Part shown: positions 43,411-53,559 of the stretch, piece after piece
Numbering within the stretch: position 1 is the stretch's first letter
Layout of the letters: each line of letters opens with the position of its first letter
Virus record (IMG/VR): IMGVR_UViG_3300032053_000002
Coordinates: 108,752 to 172,751 of that record
Origin: a virus
Direction: 5' to 3' (one strand)
DNA length: 64,000 nucleotides
Position numbers and translations under genes: made by a program
Notes under the pieces: generated by a model
Databases searched by the model: none
Told to the model about the DNA's origin: nothing
The model's input: only the letters and a program-made list of their open reading frames with translations

Positions 43411-43832
43411 TTTTTATTCTCCAATTTGTAAATTTCATAGTCGCGATTTTTTTCAATTGACTCTAAGGATAAATATACTAATCTTTGTTTATAGTCTCGT
43501 ACTGAATAATCTTTTTTTATATCTCTTCTAACCGCAATATACGCCTTTCCGTTTGGAGTTAATAGTCTTTTTATTTTCTTGAGTATTGTCGCCTGAACTA
43601 CTTCTGAAACAACATTCAACACAAACAAACAGGTAATAGTATCAAATTTTTCTTCAGGAACGGTGGGATTCCAGTGCGGGTCATACGATTCTGTTTTTAA
43701 TATTTTCGCATCTTCTCCCTGACCGCAACCATAATCTAAAATTCTTCCCACCAATAATTTATTATCGGCAAGAAATTTCATCGGCCGGGACAAGGATTTT
43801 CTTTTAATGGCGGCTTTCCAGGAAGTATTCAT
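43407..43832 (-). CDS. class I SAM-dependent methyltransferase, 141 aa
   Basis: ILDYGCGQGEDA motif I. Confidence 0.6.
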   Translation of the reverse strand: MNTSWKAAIKRKSLSRPMKFLADNKLLVGRILDYGCGQGEDAKILKTESYDPHWNPTVPEEKFDTITCLFVLNVVSEVVQATILKKIKRLLTPNGKAYIAVRRDIKKDYSVRDYKQRLVYLSLESIEKNRDYEIYKLENKK

Positions 43833-43834
43833 AA

Positions 43835-45034
43835 TTATCTATTCATCGATTTATCACAAAAAATTAATTCCCGTTCATAATGTTTTACGCGACTAACTAT
43901 AACAGTAAATATATCAAATTGATAATTTCCAACTTCGGTTAGTTGGTCGCCCAATATGAAGGGCATCTCGGCGACATAATTAAAAGTTTCTCTCGTCGCT
44001 TTTCTGGCGTCAAACTTAATCATAATATCAGGTTCAAAAAGAGTTTTATTTTTTTCATTTGGAAATACTCTTTTAGTTAAATCATAAAAAGTATTCGGTT
44101 GCTCTTCTTTAATATATTTTTCGCATTCACCAACTGGCAAATCTGTGAAGATGCGTGTTGAATACGGCTCCAAAAAGTGCAACAAATCCAGAGTTACTCC
44201 TGAAACGGAATATGTGATCTGATATTTGTGCGGGATAGTTGGTCTTAAATAATTGTCGTGTTTAACCATTGCGCCCCATTTGCGAATAAAGTTTCTTTCT
44301 GACCGACGATTTTGTATCAACCATTCTATTGAAGGAGTTCCCACCGTAGTGAGTTGCGGTTGAAATCTTGATCCGCGACAGGTCATATGATAGCAAAAAG
44401 AGTTCCACGTCTGTATTGGTTCATACCCCGCCAGAATAAATCTATTGAAAATATCAGAGTCTTCTCGCGACTGCGGAGCAAAAAGAGGATCGTGCCCACC
44501 AATTTTTAAAAAATCTTCCTTGTGTATCGCCCACGGCGCGAACATCCCCTTTGTTTTTTCTGAACTTTTTTGTTTTTCCGCAAACTCCAAAAAATCCTTT
44601 TCTATAAATTGTTCTGGTTCAGTACCATATGCGGCTAATATCTTTTCTGGGCCGGGCGGGTGGATTGGTGGTTCTATTCTGGTAACAGATACTACTGTTT
44701 TCGGTTTTATTAAATCAGATATTTCAGTATCCATTCCAGGGATTGCGTGCATGTCCGCGTGCCAGATCATTATTATTTCGTTTGTCGCCGAGTCGATTAA
44801 CCGGTCGTATAGTATGGTGTGACCGAGACGAGTTGGGCCTTCGTTACGAAATATCCGAACATTCTTATCTTTTTCGGCGACCTCTTGTAGCCATTTCCAC
44901 GTTCCATCGTTGGAAAAGTCGTCGTACATACAGATTTCGTGAGATGGGTCGCAATGTTTTCTTAGCGAATTATACGACCATTTTAAGTACTGTAAATTGT
45001 TTCGGCTTGGAACTATAAAACTGATTTTTTTCAT
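43835..45034 (-). CDS. family-2 glycosyltransferase (GT-A fold)
   Basis: 399 aa; ISFIVPSRNNLQYLKWSYNSLRKH...YDDFSNDGT. Confidence 0.65.
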   Translation of the reverse strand: MKKISFIVPSRNNLQYLKWSYNSLRKHCDPSHEICMYDDFSNDGTWKWLQEVAEKDKNVRIFRNEGPTRLGHTILYDRLIDSATNEIIMIWHADMHAIPGMDTEISDLIKPKTVVSVTRIEPPIHPPGPEKILAAYGTEPEQFIEKDFLEFAEKQKSSEKTKGMFAPWAIHKEDFLKIGGHDPLFAPQSREDSDIFNRFILAGYEPIQTWNSFCYHMTCRGSRFQPQLTTVGTPSIEWLIQNRRSERNFIRKWGAMVKHDNYLRPTIPHKYQITYSVSGVTLDLLHFLEPYSTRIFTDLPVGECEKYIKEEQPNTFYDLTKRVFPNEKNKTLFEPDIMIKFDARKATRETFNYVAEMPFILGDQLTEVGNYQFDIFTVIVSRVKHYERELIFCDKSMNR

Positions 45035-45267
45035 CCAAGTTTCTCCACAAGTTTTTCTTTAAACTTAATAATGGCCGGATTTTTTCCGCACATTGGAAAA
45101 TCGTTTATCACAGTATTACTCGTTATGACCGTGTTGCAGTATTCACACGCATAATAATCAGGTCGCAATTCAATCCAAAAATGAGAGTTGAAAACCCAAT
45201 CTTGCAGCATATTTTCTTTTTCGTCTTTTATATCCGTTGGTTTAAATGGTTCAAGTCTTTTAAGCAT
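45031..45267 (-). CDS. hypothetical protein, 78 aa
   Basis: ORF track. Confidence 0.4.
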   Translation of the reverse strand: MLKRLEPFKPTDIKDEKENMLQDWVFNSHFWIELRPDYYACEYCNTVITSNTVINDFPMCGKNPAIIKFKEKLVEKLG

Positions 45268-45607
45268 AACTACCTCCCGTTTTTATTTTTAAAATCTTTT
45301 TTTCTATATCTTTGATTTTAATCTCTTCCGCTTCAGATTTGTTGTCGCTTCCGCGCTCTAAAAATATAATGTCGCCATCATTATAAAATTCAAACAAATA
45401 ATACATATAATCTATTCTGAAAAATTCCATTATGACACCCTCCTCGGAAGAAGCGACTACTAAATCAGGAAGAAAATTATTTTTAGTGAAGATATTTACC
45501 GCTTCTATTGCATTTTTGATGGCGACATCATTTGGAGGGTTCGACTCATACGAATCAAATCCTACGGGTAAATCTTTGAAAGAAAGAATTTTACTTATTA
45601 AGTCCAC
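45260..45607 (-). CDS. hypothetical protein, 115 aa
   Basis: ORF track. Confidence 0.45.
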   Translation of the reverse strand: MDLISKILSFKDLPVGFDSYESNPPNDVAIKNAIEAVNIFTKNNFLPDLVVASSEEGVIMEFFRIDYMYYLFEFYNDGDIIFLERGSDNKSEAEEIKIKDIEKKILKIKTGGSYA

Positions 45608-45609
45608 TT

Positions 45610-46335
45610 TTATTTTTCTTTAGACGCTTTTTTTCGGTCTTCATCCGTAATTTCATAATCTCCGGTGGTACGATATGACGCGACTACTGTATTTACTGCG
45701 GAATATAAATTCATCGTTCCTATCGCATTCGCATTATAAGTTAGTGAAGATTTTGCTGAGATTCCATATTGAGACGCCGTGGTAATTGCATCCTGATTTG
45801 CTCCCAAAAATATAAATTCCCATTTATTATTTTCTTTTTTATCGGTAATGAGTTTGAAAATATGTTTAGCATCAAATTCTTTACTATTATTTTCGTAACC
45901 ATCCGTCATAACAATAATCATAACTTTTTTAGGCTTATCACTTTCGGCTAATAAACGTATTCTATCTTCCGTCGATTCTATGGTTCTACCTATCGCATCT
46001 AGTAAAGAAGTCATTCCTCTCGGAACAAAAGTGCTATCATCCAATTCGTTTGCGGTTTGTATATCTGCTCCGGTATAGACAACTTCATATTCATGATCAA
46101 ATTGGAATAAAGAAAATAACGCTCTATCTTTTAACTTTTTCTGTTTTTTAAGAAATTCATTAAATCCTCCGATAACATCGTTTTTAATAGACGACATCGA
46201 CCCCGACCGGTCTAATACAAATGATATGTCCGTGTAGTTTTGAGATCCTACTTTTTTACTATAATGTTTTTTAATGTAGTTATTCCTTTTTTTTCTAATC
46301 ACGGACTCTTCTTTTTTGTTAAGTTTTTTTTTCAT
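45610..46335 (-). CDS. vWA domain protein (MIDAS DxSxS: DRSGSMSS)
   Basis: 241 aa; ISFVLDRSGSMSS... Confidence 0.6.
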   Translation of the reverse strand: MKKKLNKKEESVIRKKRNNYIKKHYSKKVGSQNYTDISFVLDRSGSMSSIKNDVIGGFNEFLKKQKKLKDRALFSLFQFDHEYEVVYTGADIQTANELDDSTFVPRGMTSLLDAIGRTIESTEDRIRLLAESDKPKKVMIIVMTDGYENNSKEFDAKHIFKLITDKKENNKWEFIFLGANQDAITTASQYGISAKSSLTYNANAIGTMNLYSAVNTVVASYRTTGDYEITDEDRKKASKEK

Positions 46336-46483
46336 TTTTTGTTTCTCCTATTTTTAAATTATAACTCGTTTTTAATTATTTGAAAATGGATTTTTAGTTA
46401 AATCGTTTTCCGCCTTTTTCTCGCCTCGTGAACTTAAACTGAAAACAATGTCGTCTTTTTCGGGCGAATAATCTATAAGGACA

Positions 46484-46810
46484 TCAAAATTGAGGACGGA
46501 TTTTAATAACGCCAGTCCTATAAATATGGTATCCGCCCCATTTAAGAATTTTTTCTACTTCATTTACATCAAATCCTTTGTTATTTCGAGAAACCCCCAG
46601 ATTCGTAATCAATCTTATAGCAATTTCATCAGTCAACTCATGATTTGTGTTAATCAGAGTTTTTAATTCTTCGCTAACATTTTCGAGAAATTCTTCCGGG
46701 TTGCTGGACAGAAGTTTTTTTATTTTCTCGTCATTTTTTTGATTGCCTCTTGCCGATTTTGACTTCATTTCTCCTCTCCTATCTATTTTCAAACAACTTA
46801 TTGGGGTCAT
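46484..46810 (-). CDS. hypothetical protein, 108 aa
   Basis: ORF track. Confidence 0.45.
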   Translation of the reverse strand: MTPISCLKIDRRGEMKSKSARGNQKNDEKIKKLLSSNPEEFLENVSEELKTLINTNHELTDEIAIRLITNLGVSRNNKGFDVNEVEKILKWGGYHIYRTGVIKIRPQF

Positions 46811-47615
46811 TTGCTATATGTTTATAATCTTTTACTTTGCTCACACTCATGCCTTTATAATGGTAAATAAATGCGGTTTTACACACGGCAGAGAAATCAT
46901 TGTTCGGAATAAGGGTTGACCAGTTAAATTGGTCTTCGGCTTTATCCATCAAGAATTTCGAGTCGAATAAGAATCCGTCGTCTCTTTCATATTTAATAAT
47001 ATTACGACTCATCATAAAAAAGAAACCATTAAACATTTTCATGCGAAGTGGATCTAAAAAATATAAATTATTTTCTTTAGTTAATTTGGTTTTAATACTT
47101 AAAATCTGATCCTGAACGATTTGATAATTAACATCGAGAGTAACAAAATTTGCGTCTAATTGGTAATGATTTTCTATTCCTTGAAATTGGCCGTTGTGCC
47201 CTGCTCCGTATCTAGTTGACAGTGGTACAACCAATGAAAACGGCCATTTATTAAAAACATCAACCATTTCGCTTAATGCGCCATTTGGAACGAGAATATC
47301 ATTATTGGTGAGAACAATATATTTATAATTCGCGTTATCTTTAAAATGTTTATATGCATTGTTCCACGAATCAGTTAATCCTCTCCCCGTATCCTTTTCT
47401 TTAATCGTAACAGTGTTTTTATAACACCATTGTTGAGTGCCATCCTTTGATACATCGTCAAATATCATTAAATCATAATTTACGTCGGTTATTTTTTTAA
47501 TCGATTCGACACATAATTTAGTGAAAGGCAATTGATTGTATGTAGTAACCGCCAATAAAATTTGATCAGGCATTAGCACTCTCAACTTCGATTTTGTATT
47601 TCGCAAGTAATGCAA
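46779..47615 (-). CDS. family-2 glycosyltransferase
   Basis: 278 aa; LLAVTTYNQL...IFDDVSKDGT. Confidence 0.65.
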   Translation of the reverse strand: MHYLRNTKSKLRVLMPDQILLAVTTYNQLPFTKLCVESIKKITDVNYDLMIFDDVSKDGTQQWCYKNTVTIKEKDTGRGLTDSWNNAYKHFKDNANYKYIVLTNNDILVPNGALSEMVDVFNKWPFSLVVPLSTRYGAGHNGQFQGIENHYQLDANFVTLDVNYQIVQDQILSIKTKLTKENNLYFLDPLRMKMFNGFFFMMSRNIIKYERDDGFLFDSKFLMDKAEDQFNWSTLIPNNDFSAVCKTAFIYHYKGMSVSKVKDYKHIANDPNKLFENR

Positions 47616-47751
47616 TGAGTGCCTCTTCTAAAACGGCGTGTTGACTAGATTTTTTGTTTTCTTTGATTGTTTTCAAAACGACTAACTCTTCCAGTAACAC
47701 TTTTGTATCTTCTGAAACCTTAAAATTTAAATTTACTTTATGGCTTTCCAT
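47566..47751 (-). CDS. hypothetical small protein, 61 aa
   Basis: ORF track. Confidence 0.3.
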   Translation of the reverse strand: MESHKVNLNFKVSEDTKVLLEELVVLKTIKENKKSSQHAVLEEALIALLAKYKIEVESANA

Positions 47752-47812
47752 TTTTTTCCTCTATTTTATACTTTATAGTATTTATACTATTTATTTTAAA
47801 GAAAGTTCCATT

Positions 47813-48790
47813 TCATCTAAATAGTTCGTTGATAACGTTGTTAATATATGGTATATAATTCTTTTCATTATATAACGATTTATTAAAATTTTCTCGGGCT
47901 TCCAATTCGCACTCTTTTCTAAAAACTTCGTCGGTCTTTAATTTTTTTGCTAATTTTGTCGCCGTGAGAATATCGCCATCACTAACACTTAGTTTTGGCT
48001 GGCAGCTTTCTTGCGTATCCAACCCCCTATATCCGATGCAAGGAATTCCATAAAAAGAGCAATTCAAAGTAAACGTTCCTGCGGCGTGAGTCGGCATTAA
48101 ATGCACCCCAAAGGAAAATTGTGAAAGTTGTCTCATCCATTCCAACCAATCAACAAACGGTATATGAATTAACTCCAAATCTTCTTCCTGTTTTATTCTT
48201 CTTCCCATACTAGGAGCATATATTGGGTAACCGAATGTTTGGGCGACAATATAAGAATCGAATCCCCCATACCATCTAACCATATTTCCACCAATTATAG
48301 TCAATTCCCGTCTATTGACAATATTTTGTGAAAGTCTTTCTGTAATCATTAAAGTCGGGTTAATAACAGTTTTAACTCCAGTAAGTCCTTGATAATAACT
48401 GGCATCTTTTTTATTGTGCGCCCAAATCATATCAAATTCTGTTAAAATATTATAATACCAAACCTGTTCTGCCATAGAAAAATCTTGGAAATACCAATGC
48501 GGCCCCTCTTGCATCATTATCATTTTTTTAGAATTTTTTTTAATTTTTTCTATCGAATTCAGTTGAATTAGAGCGGTTATATTTTTTTTAGGTAATGTTA
48601 CAATAGATAAATCAAATTTTATATCAGGAACATTAAATCTTGTATCGGGAACATTAAAAATACAATAGTGAGTCGCGTTTAAAACATGCATCCACGCCGA
48701 GTCATTTCTCATATTACGATGATCTCTAGGAATTTTTCCGACCCAGTTGCCCTCTGTAAACCACGCAATGTTTAAGTCTTTTATTTCCAT
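47813..48790 (-). CDS. hypothetical protein (possible glycosyltransferase), 325 aa
   Basis: ORF track; context. Confidence 0.45.
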   Translation of the reverse strand: MEIKDLNIAWFTEGNWVGKIPRDHRNMRNDSAWMHVLNATHYCIFNVPDTRFNVPDIKFDLSIVTLPKKNITALIQLNSIEKIKKNSKKMIMMQEGPHWYFQDFSMAEQVWYYNILTEFDMIWAHNKKDASYYQGLTGVKTVINPTLMITERLSQNIVNRRELTIIGGNMVRWYGGFDSYIVAQTFGYPIYAPSMGRRIKQEEDLELIHIPFVDWLEWMRQLSQFSFGVHLMPTHAAGTFTLNCSFYGIPCIGYRGLDTQESCQPKLSVSDGDILTATKLAKKLKTDEVFRKECELEARENFNKSLYNEKNYIPYINNVINELFR

Positions 48791-49704
48791 ATCAGGTCTT
48801 CCATTTCTTTGATAGACATTTTTTCCGCCGTTAAAGAAGAATACTTTTCAAGCAATCTTGTATTCGAATTGGTATTCTTTTCATTTTTAATGTATATAAA
48901 GTCGCCTTCGACATATGAATATAATATTTCCATATCATTTATTAAATCTTCATTTATTTTTTCGCCTTCTCTATCTCCTACTATCATTACTTTGTCGGAA
49001 ATGATTTTTGCTAAAGAATACATATTTACTGATTTTGATTTATACAATCCGATTATTCCACCGCCATTTTTTACTGTATATTCCAGTACGTTTTTTATCG
49101 TAGTCGCCGCATTTTCTTGGCTCAACATCAATCTATTCATATCGGGATTAGTAAGTAACAAGGGCTCTCCATTTTCTTTTAGTGATAACCAGTATGGTAT
49201 AACGGAACCGGTACTGTGCGCGACATTAGCAAACCTGACTATCGAAAATTTATTTTTTTCAGAATTGGAATTCAAAAAACACTTTTCCATTAAATACTTA
49301 GTTGACCCGTATACATTGCTCGGAGAACACGCTTTATCTGTGCTGATAAATAATGTGACTGGAACATTGGTGCGTAAAGACGCATCTATAACGTTTAAAC
49401 CGCCCGTTATATTTACTTTACACGCATACGTTGGATTTTTTTCAATCAAATCAACGTGTTTTAATGCTGCGGTATGAATCACCGCATGCGGTTTAACTTC
49501 AGAAAAAACTTTTAATAAAAATCCGGCGTCTTCAATTCCTCCCGAATACGTTTTAATGCCAGGAAATTCCCTATTCAATTTTACTGAATTTATTTCCGTT
49601 CTATTCACATTTATAAATTCGTAATCGTTTTTATATTTCCTTATAAAAGAACTTCCAATAGTCCCGCTTCCGCCGGTTACAAGAATTTTCATATTACTCG
49701 CCAT
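48781..49704 (-). CDS. NAD-dependent epimerase/dehydratase (CapD/PseB-like)
   Basis: 307 aa; MKILVTGGSGTIGSSF; YGSTKYLMEK. Confidence 0.7.
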   Translation of the reverse strand: MASNMKILVTGGSGTIGSSFIRKYKNDYEFINVNRTEINSVKLNREFPGIKTYSGGIEDAGFLLKVFSEVKPHAVIHTAALKHVDLIEKNPTYACKVNITGGLNVIDASLRTNVPVTLFISTDKACSPSNVYGSTKYLMEKCFLNSNSEKNKFSIVRFANVAHSTGSVIPYWLSLKENGEPLLLTNPDMNRLMLSQENAATTIKNVLEYTVKNGGGIIGLYKSKSVNMYSLAKIISDKVMIVGDREGEKINEDLINDMEILYSYVEGDFIYIKNEKNTNSNTRLLEKYSSLTAEKMSIKEMEDLIWK

Positions 49705-50083
49705 CCGATGCGTGGTTTATTTTTATATCTTTAAATCCTTCACCGTATTCTTCAACAATTTCATTTTTTATTGCAACTCTTTTCTTATTCAGGTCGCGAA
49801 TTTTTATTGCGCGTCTTCCTACTTCTTCAAGACCGAGTTCACCCTCTCTACCCTTTCGTATGTCAGATTCAAGATCCCAGATTTCCGCATTTATATTGTA
49901 TAATCGTTCGGCATATGAAAAAATATCATTAACTTCTTTTCCATTGTCGCGAGTTTTCCAAAATTCGGTTATTTCATCAATATACATCTGAATTTCTTTT
50001 AACATATCAGCACCCGTTCTCTCTCGTTTGAGAACGCAAATAGAATATCTATCCGCTATTTCTGAAATAGGCATTGGTATCAT
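49694..50083 (-). CDS. hypothetical protein, 129 aa
   Basis: ORF track. Confidence 0.45.
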   Translation of the reverse strand: MIPMPISEIADRYSICVLKRERTGADMLKEIQMYIDEITEFWKTRDNGKEVNDIFSYAERLYNINAEIWDLESDIRKGREGELGLEEVGRRAIKIRDLNKKRVAIKNEIVEEYGEGFKDIKINHASDGE

Positions 50084-51108
50084 TTTATTACTCCTTGTAC
50101 TTTCTCAAAATAATTTTCCCACGTATGAAATTTGAAATTCGGATTATCTAAATTATTCAGATTTGCTTTTGACATATCTACCAGCATCGACCACCACAAT
50201 CCCTTATCAGTTGATCCGCAAAATCCCATTTCATTATTTTCGCCTTTAATGTATAGCCGTTTTTTTGAACGGCGACGATTATGTACGCGCAAAATATTTT
50301 TTATGATGTATTGAGTATAGTTTTTTCCAAGTATTTTTTTCGCCGACCATCCAAAACTAGTGTCTTCTCCGCTACATAATAATGCGTGCGGAATATTTAC
50401 TCCGCACTTAACCATTTCGGAACTAATAACCAAACACGACCCATCAAATTTTGGTTCATCCGTTATTCTAATATCATACTTTACGGACTTTTTATTTATT
50501 TCATTCATTTGTTCGATTGACATATAACATTTTTCACTGGCGATATTTTTTAGCGTCCACTCGTCATTATCCTGGAATTGTTCATTTTCAAATTCAGGGT
50601 GTTCCAACAATTTCCAATCCGTTCCCCACATTTTACGATAGGCGAAAACAATCGTATACCGGCGATTTTCATTGTTTTTTTCAATGTGTTCAGAAATGCT
50701 TTCTATTATATGAAATGTTTCTTGTGGAAAAAAACTATCCGTTTCCAACCACAATAAAAAATCCACCATTTCGCAATATTTATGATTAAAATCTCTTCGA
50801 TACTGAGCAATATTATATGGGAACTTTTCGTTTTCGTCATATAAAATTTTATCATTAACAGTTAATCCAACACTTGTTAATCTGTTTTTTTGCGTATTAT
50901 ATTTTTCTATTATCTTTTCTCTAGTAATTTTATTAATATCTATGGTTTCAAAAAATTGCGTTGTATTGAAACAAAAATCTATAATAATATTCTCCTTATT
51001 TTCTATATCTTTAATCATATTTAATATACCATCAACAAATTCTATAAACATCTCTACTTCGTAAAATTGAATCAAACATCCCAATCCATATTTGTTTTTA
51101 AGGATCAT
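50080..51108 (-). CDS. hypothetical protein, 342 aa
   Basis: ORF track. Confidence 0.5.
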   Translation of the reverse strand: MILKNKYGLGCLIQFYEVEMFIEFVDGILNMIKDIENKENIIIDFCFNTTQFFETIDINKITREKIIEKYNTQKNRLTSVGLTVNDKILYDENEKFPYNIAQYRRDFNHKYCEMVDFLLWLETDSFFPQETFHIIESISEHIEKNNENRRYTIVFAYRKMWGTDWKLLEHPEFENEQFQDNDEWTLKNIASEKCYMSIEQMNEINKKSVKYDIRITDEPKFDGSCLVISSEMVKCGVNIPHALLCSGEDTSFGWSAKKILGKNYTQYIIKNILRVHNRRRSKKRLYIKGENNEMGFCGSTDKGLWWSMLVDMSKANLNNLDNPNFKFHTWENYFEKVQGVIK

Positions 51109-51109
51109 T

Positions 51110-51877
51110 TTATTTTCCCCATATTTCTATAAATTCACATTTTAAATAATTAATAATTTCTTGTTTTCTTTTTTTATCTTTTTCAATTTGAAATCGGTGA
51201 CGCTTTTCATAATATTCAAACCAAGTATTAGTTGATTTACTATATCCGTCGGCCCAATATCCTAAATCTTTAATATAAAACTCGCCCCCGTTTTCGGCGT
51301 GTTGCAAATCTGTAATATTGAGTTTTTCCGCGTTTGATTCTAGAATCGGAATGGCTCTTGGATTATAATTTGGTTTTATTTGCCCTTTATTTTTTTCTAT
51401 TCTTTTAATAGCAGACAATCTCATTTTTTTCTTTGTTTCTTTTGATAGTTTTTTTCCTGAATTGGCTTTATTCCCAATAGTTGCGTTACCTATTTTTCTT
51501 TTCGTCTCTTCCGTATGTAAATGCCAAGAATTTACTCTTATTTTTTCTTTTGATTCTTCGGAATGTTTTCTACCACCAAATCCCGCCGGTTTAACTCTCT
51601 TTATAGATTCGCTAATCTTTCTTCTATGTTCTGATGAAAGTTGCTTGCCGAAAAAAGGATTTCCTTCTCCGGTTTTTGATTTACTCATATTTAACTTCGC
51701 ATTCTCAGAAAGGTGTCTTCCTGAGAATGTACAGGAAAGACATTTATAATTTCTAATTTCTGCAAAATTTCTGTTTTTTTGTGATTTATAGAATATTTTT
51801 TTCTCACACTTAGGGCACTTTCTGCTCCATTTTTTTTCTTTTATTTTCCCAATATCGCTTTTTGTTTCGTTCATCAA
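51110..51877 (-). CDS. zinc-finger protein with three NUMOD3-like repeats (homing-endonuclease-type DNA-binding module)
   Basis: 255 aa; CPKCEKK...CLSC; repeats GKQLSSEHRRKISESIKR / GRKHSEESKEKIRVNS / GKKLSKETKKKMRLSAIKR. Confidence 0.45.
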   Translation of the reverse strand: MMNETKSDIGKIKEKKWSRKCPKCEKKIFYKSQKNRNFAEIRNYKCLSCTFSGRHLSENAKLNMSKSKTGEGNPFFGKQLSSEHRRKISESIKRVKPAGFGGRKHSEESKEKIRVNSWHLHTEETKRKIGNATIGNKANSGKKLSKETKKKMRLSAIKRIEKNKGQIKPNYNPRAIPILESNAEKLNITDLQHAENGGEFYIKDLGYWADGYSKSTNTWFEYYEKRHRFQIEKDKKRKQEIINYLKCEFIEIWGK

Positions 51878-52050
51878 TTTTCTCCTTATTTTTCCAATAA
51901 AATCTGCGAGATTTTTGACGGTTTGCTTCCATCAGCTCTTCTTTTGTTTTATATTTTTTTAGTCGTCCCATTTAAAATCTCTTTTAATATAAATATCGGA
52001 AAAATAAAAAAGTTAGAAAAAAAGTTAGATTATTTTCTATTATTTCTTTT

Positions 52051-52863
52051 TTAAACATATTTGTCTTTAACCATTTCCCACGTTTCTTTCATCAATCTAT
52101 TTCTTGTTTCTCCTCTGTCAGAATATCCTGAAAAAATCCAGCAATAACAATATTTGATAAAAAATGGCGTGGTATCTTCTTTAAGTTGCCAGTTGTGTGA
52201 AAATAATTCGTGGCGATATAAATGGCTAGCCCCATACACTATCGGAAGATAGTTTACGTCTATGTTTTTTATTTGCAATAAATAATTTATTACTGGTTGG
52301 TCTCGTCCCCTTTTTACTTTAACATCTTCCAATTCTATAATTTTATCTGTATTCTGCAAATAAAAATCTTTTAACTCCCTGAAAAATTGTTCGTGGTATT
52401 GTTTATTAAAAACTATAAATCCAGACGCGATATACTTATCAATATCAAAATTGAAATTATTAAAAAACTCTTTATATCCCATCGCGCTCTCATACGTCCA
52501 TTTCAAGTTTTCATCAGAACGAAATGCGCATAATCTTCTTTTATCGAGTTCAAAATAATTTGGAGCGTCCCATCTCACCATTGTACTGGCATCAACTGAT
52601 AATATGTTGTCATAGTCGCCAGGAACAATATCAGATATGTCGAGCCATCGAGCCCAATTTATTTTAGTTTTTAGCATATCTATATTTTTATCCAGCGGCT
52701 TCTCGTATGGAATAAACGTAACCCCATTTTTATTGCACCAGTATTCCCACGTTTTCCGAGAATAATCCATCCACGAGAAATCTCCATACCCGTATTTTTC
52801 ACTAACTCTCGGATCATCTGATTTTACGCCCGTCCAGAATACAAAATTTTTCATTTTATACAC
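52051..52863 (-). CDS. hypothetical protein, 270 aa
   Basis: ORF track. Confidence 0.5.
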   Translation of the reverse strand: MYKMKNFVFWTGVKSDDPRVSEKYGYGDFSWMDYSRKTWEYWCNKNGVTFIPYEKPLDKNIDMLKTKINWARWLDISDIVPGDYDNILSVDASTMVRWDAPNYFELDKRRLCAFRSDENLKWTYESAMGYKEFFNNFNFDIDKYIASGFIVFNKQYHEQFFRELKDFYLQNTDKIIELEDVKVKRGRDQPVINYLLQIKNIDVNYLPIVYGASHLYRHELFSHNWQLKEDTTPFFIKYCYCWIFSGYSDRGETRNRLMKETWEMVKDKYV

Positions 52864-53306
52864 TCCTCAACCCATTTTTTAGTTTCTTCAGCAATAGTTA
52901 TTTTATTTTTATTTTTTTCATACCACTCTTTTATATCCACGAATCCGTTTATTGCTCTTCCCGCGCCAATCCAGTCGCATAACATTTCAACGCGATATTT
53001 TATAGACATCTCCATAACTTTTTCTTTTCCTTCGTCCTCTCTTAAAATCCACCATTGCCAGTGGTGTTTATTTCTTCTTTGATGGAGTAACCACGCAAAA
53101 TCAAACTTCTTTTTATTTTCATCATTTTTTTCGCCAAAGAAATAGTTCGTGTAAGGAATAAATTCCGATGGAAGCAACTTTGACCAGTCGTGAATGATCC
53201 CCAGCAAATACTGTTTTCTTTTAAAGCACTCAATTGCCACAAACCATTTATGGCGAAGAATATAATTAAAAGTTTTTAAATATTTATTCATTTTTATTTT
53301 TTCCAT
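52851..53306 (-). CDS. hypothetical protein, 151 aa
   Basis: ORF track. Confidence 0.45.
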   Translation of the reverse strand: MEKIKMNKYLKTFNYILRHKWFVAIECFKRKQYLLGIIHDWSKLLPSEFIPYTNYFFGEKNDENKKKFDFAWLLHQRRNKHHWQWWILREDEGKEKVMEMSIKYRVEMLCDWIGAGRAINGFVDIKEWYEKNKNKITIAEETKKWVEECIK

Positions 53307-53559
53307 ATAATAGTTTTTTAAAAAAGTCTTCTACGTCTATCGCGAAATATGTACCGACAAAAAGACCAAACAACCACGGAAATATTGGCCAAGAATTTAT
53401 AATTATTCCTTTGATTATGACGGCTGCAAATATTCCGGTAGCGACTGAATAGAATGCGCCCTGTAATTTTTTTCCTTCGGCAACTTTTCTGATATACAAT
53501 GCCCAAACTATGTCCGTGAATACTCCCGTCAAAAATAATATTAGTGCATAAAGTATCAT
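53284..53559 (-). CDS. small membrane protein, 91 aa
   Basis: Three TM helices. Confidence 0.4.
   Translation of the reverse strand: MILYALILFLTGVFTDIVWALYIRKVAEGKKLQGAFYSVATGIFAAVIIKGIIINSWPIFPWLFGLFVGTYFAIDVEDFFKKLLYGKNKNE

Noticed and set aside
48809-49477. 222-aa plus-strand ORF opposite the 48781..49704 epimerase gene
   Set aside because: The minus-strand frame has clear GxxGxxG/YxxxK motifs. The plus-strand product is low complexity (F/S/I-rich).
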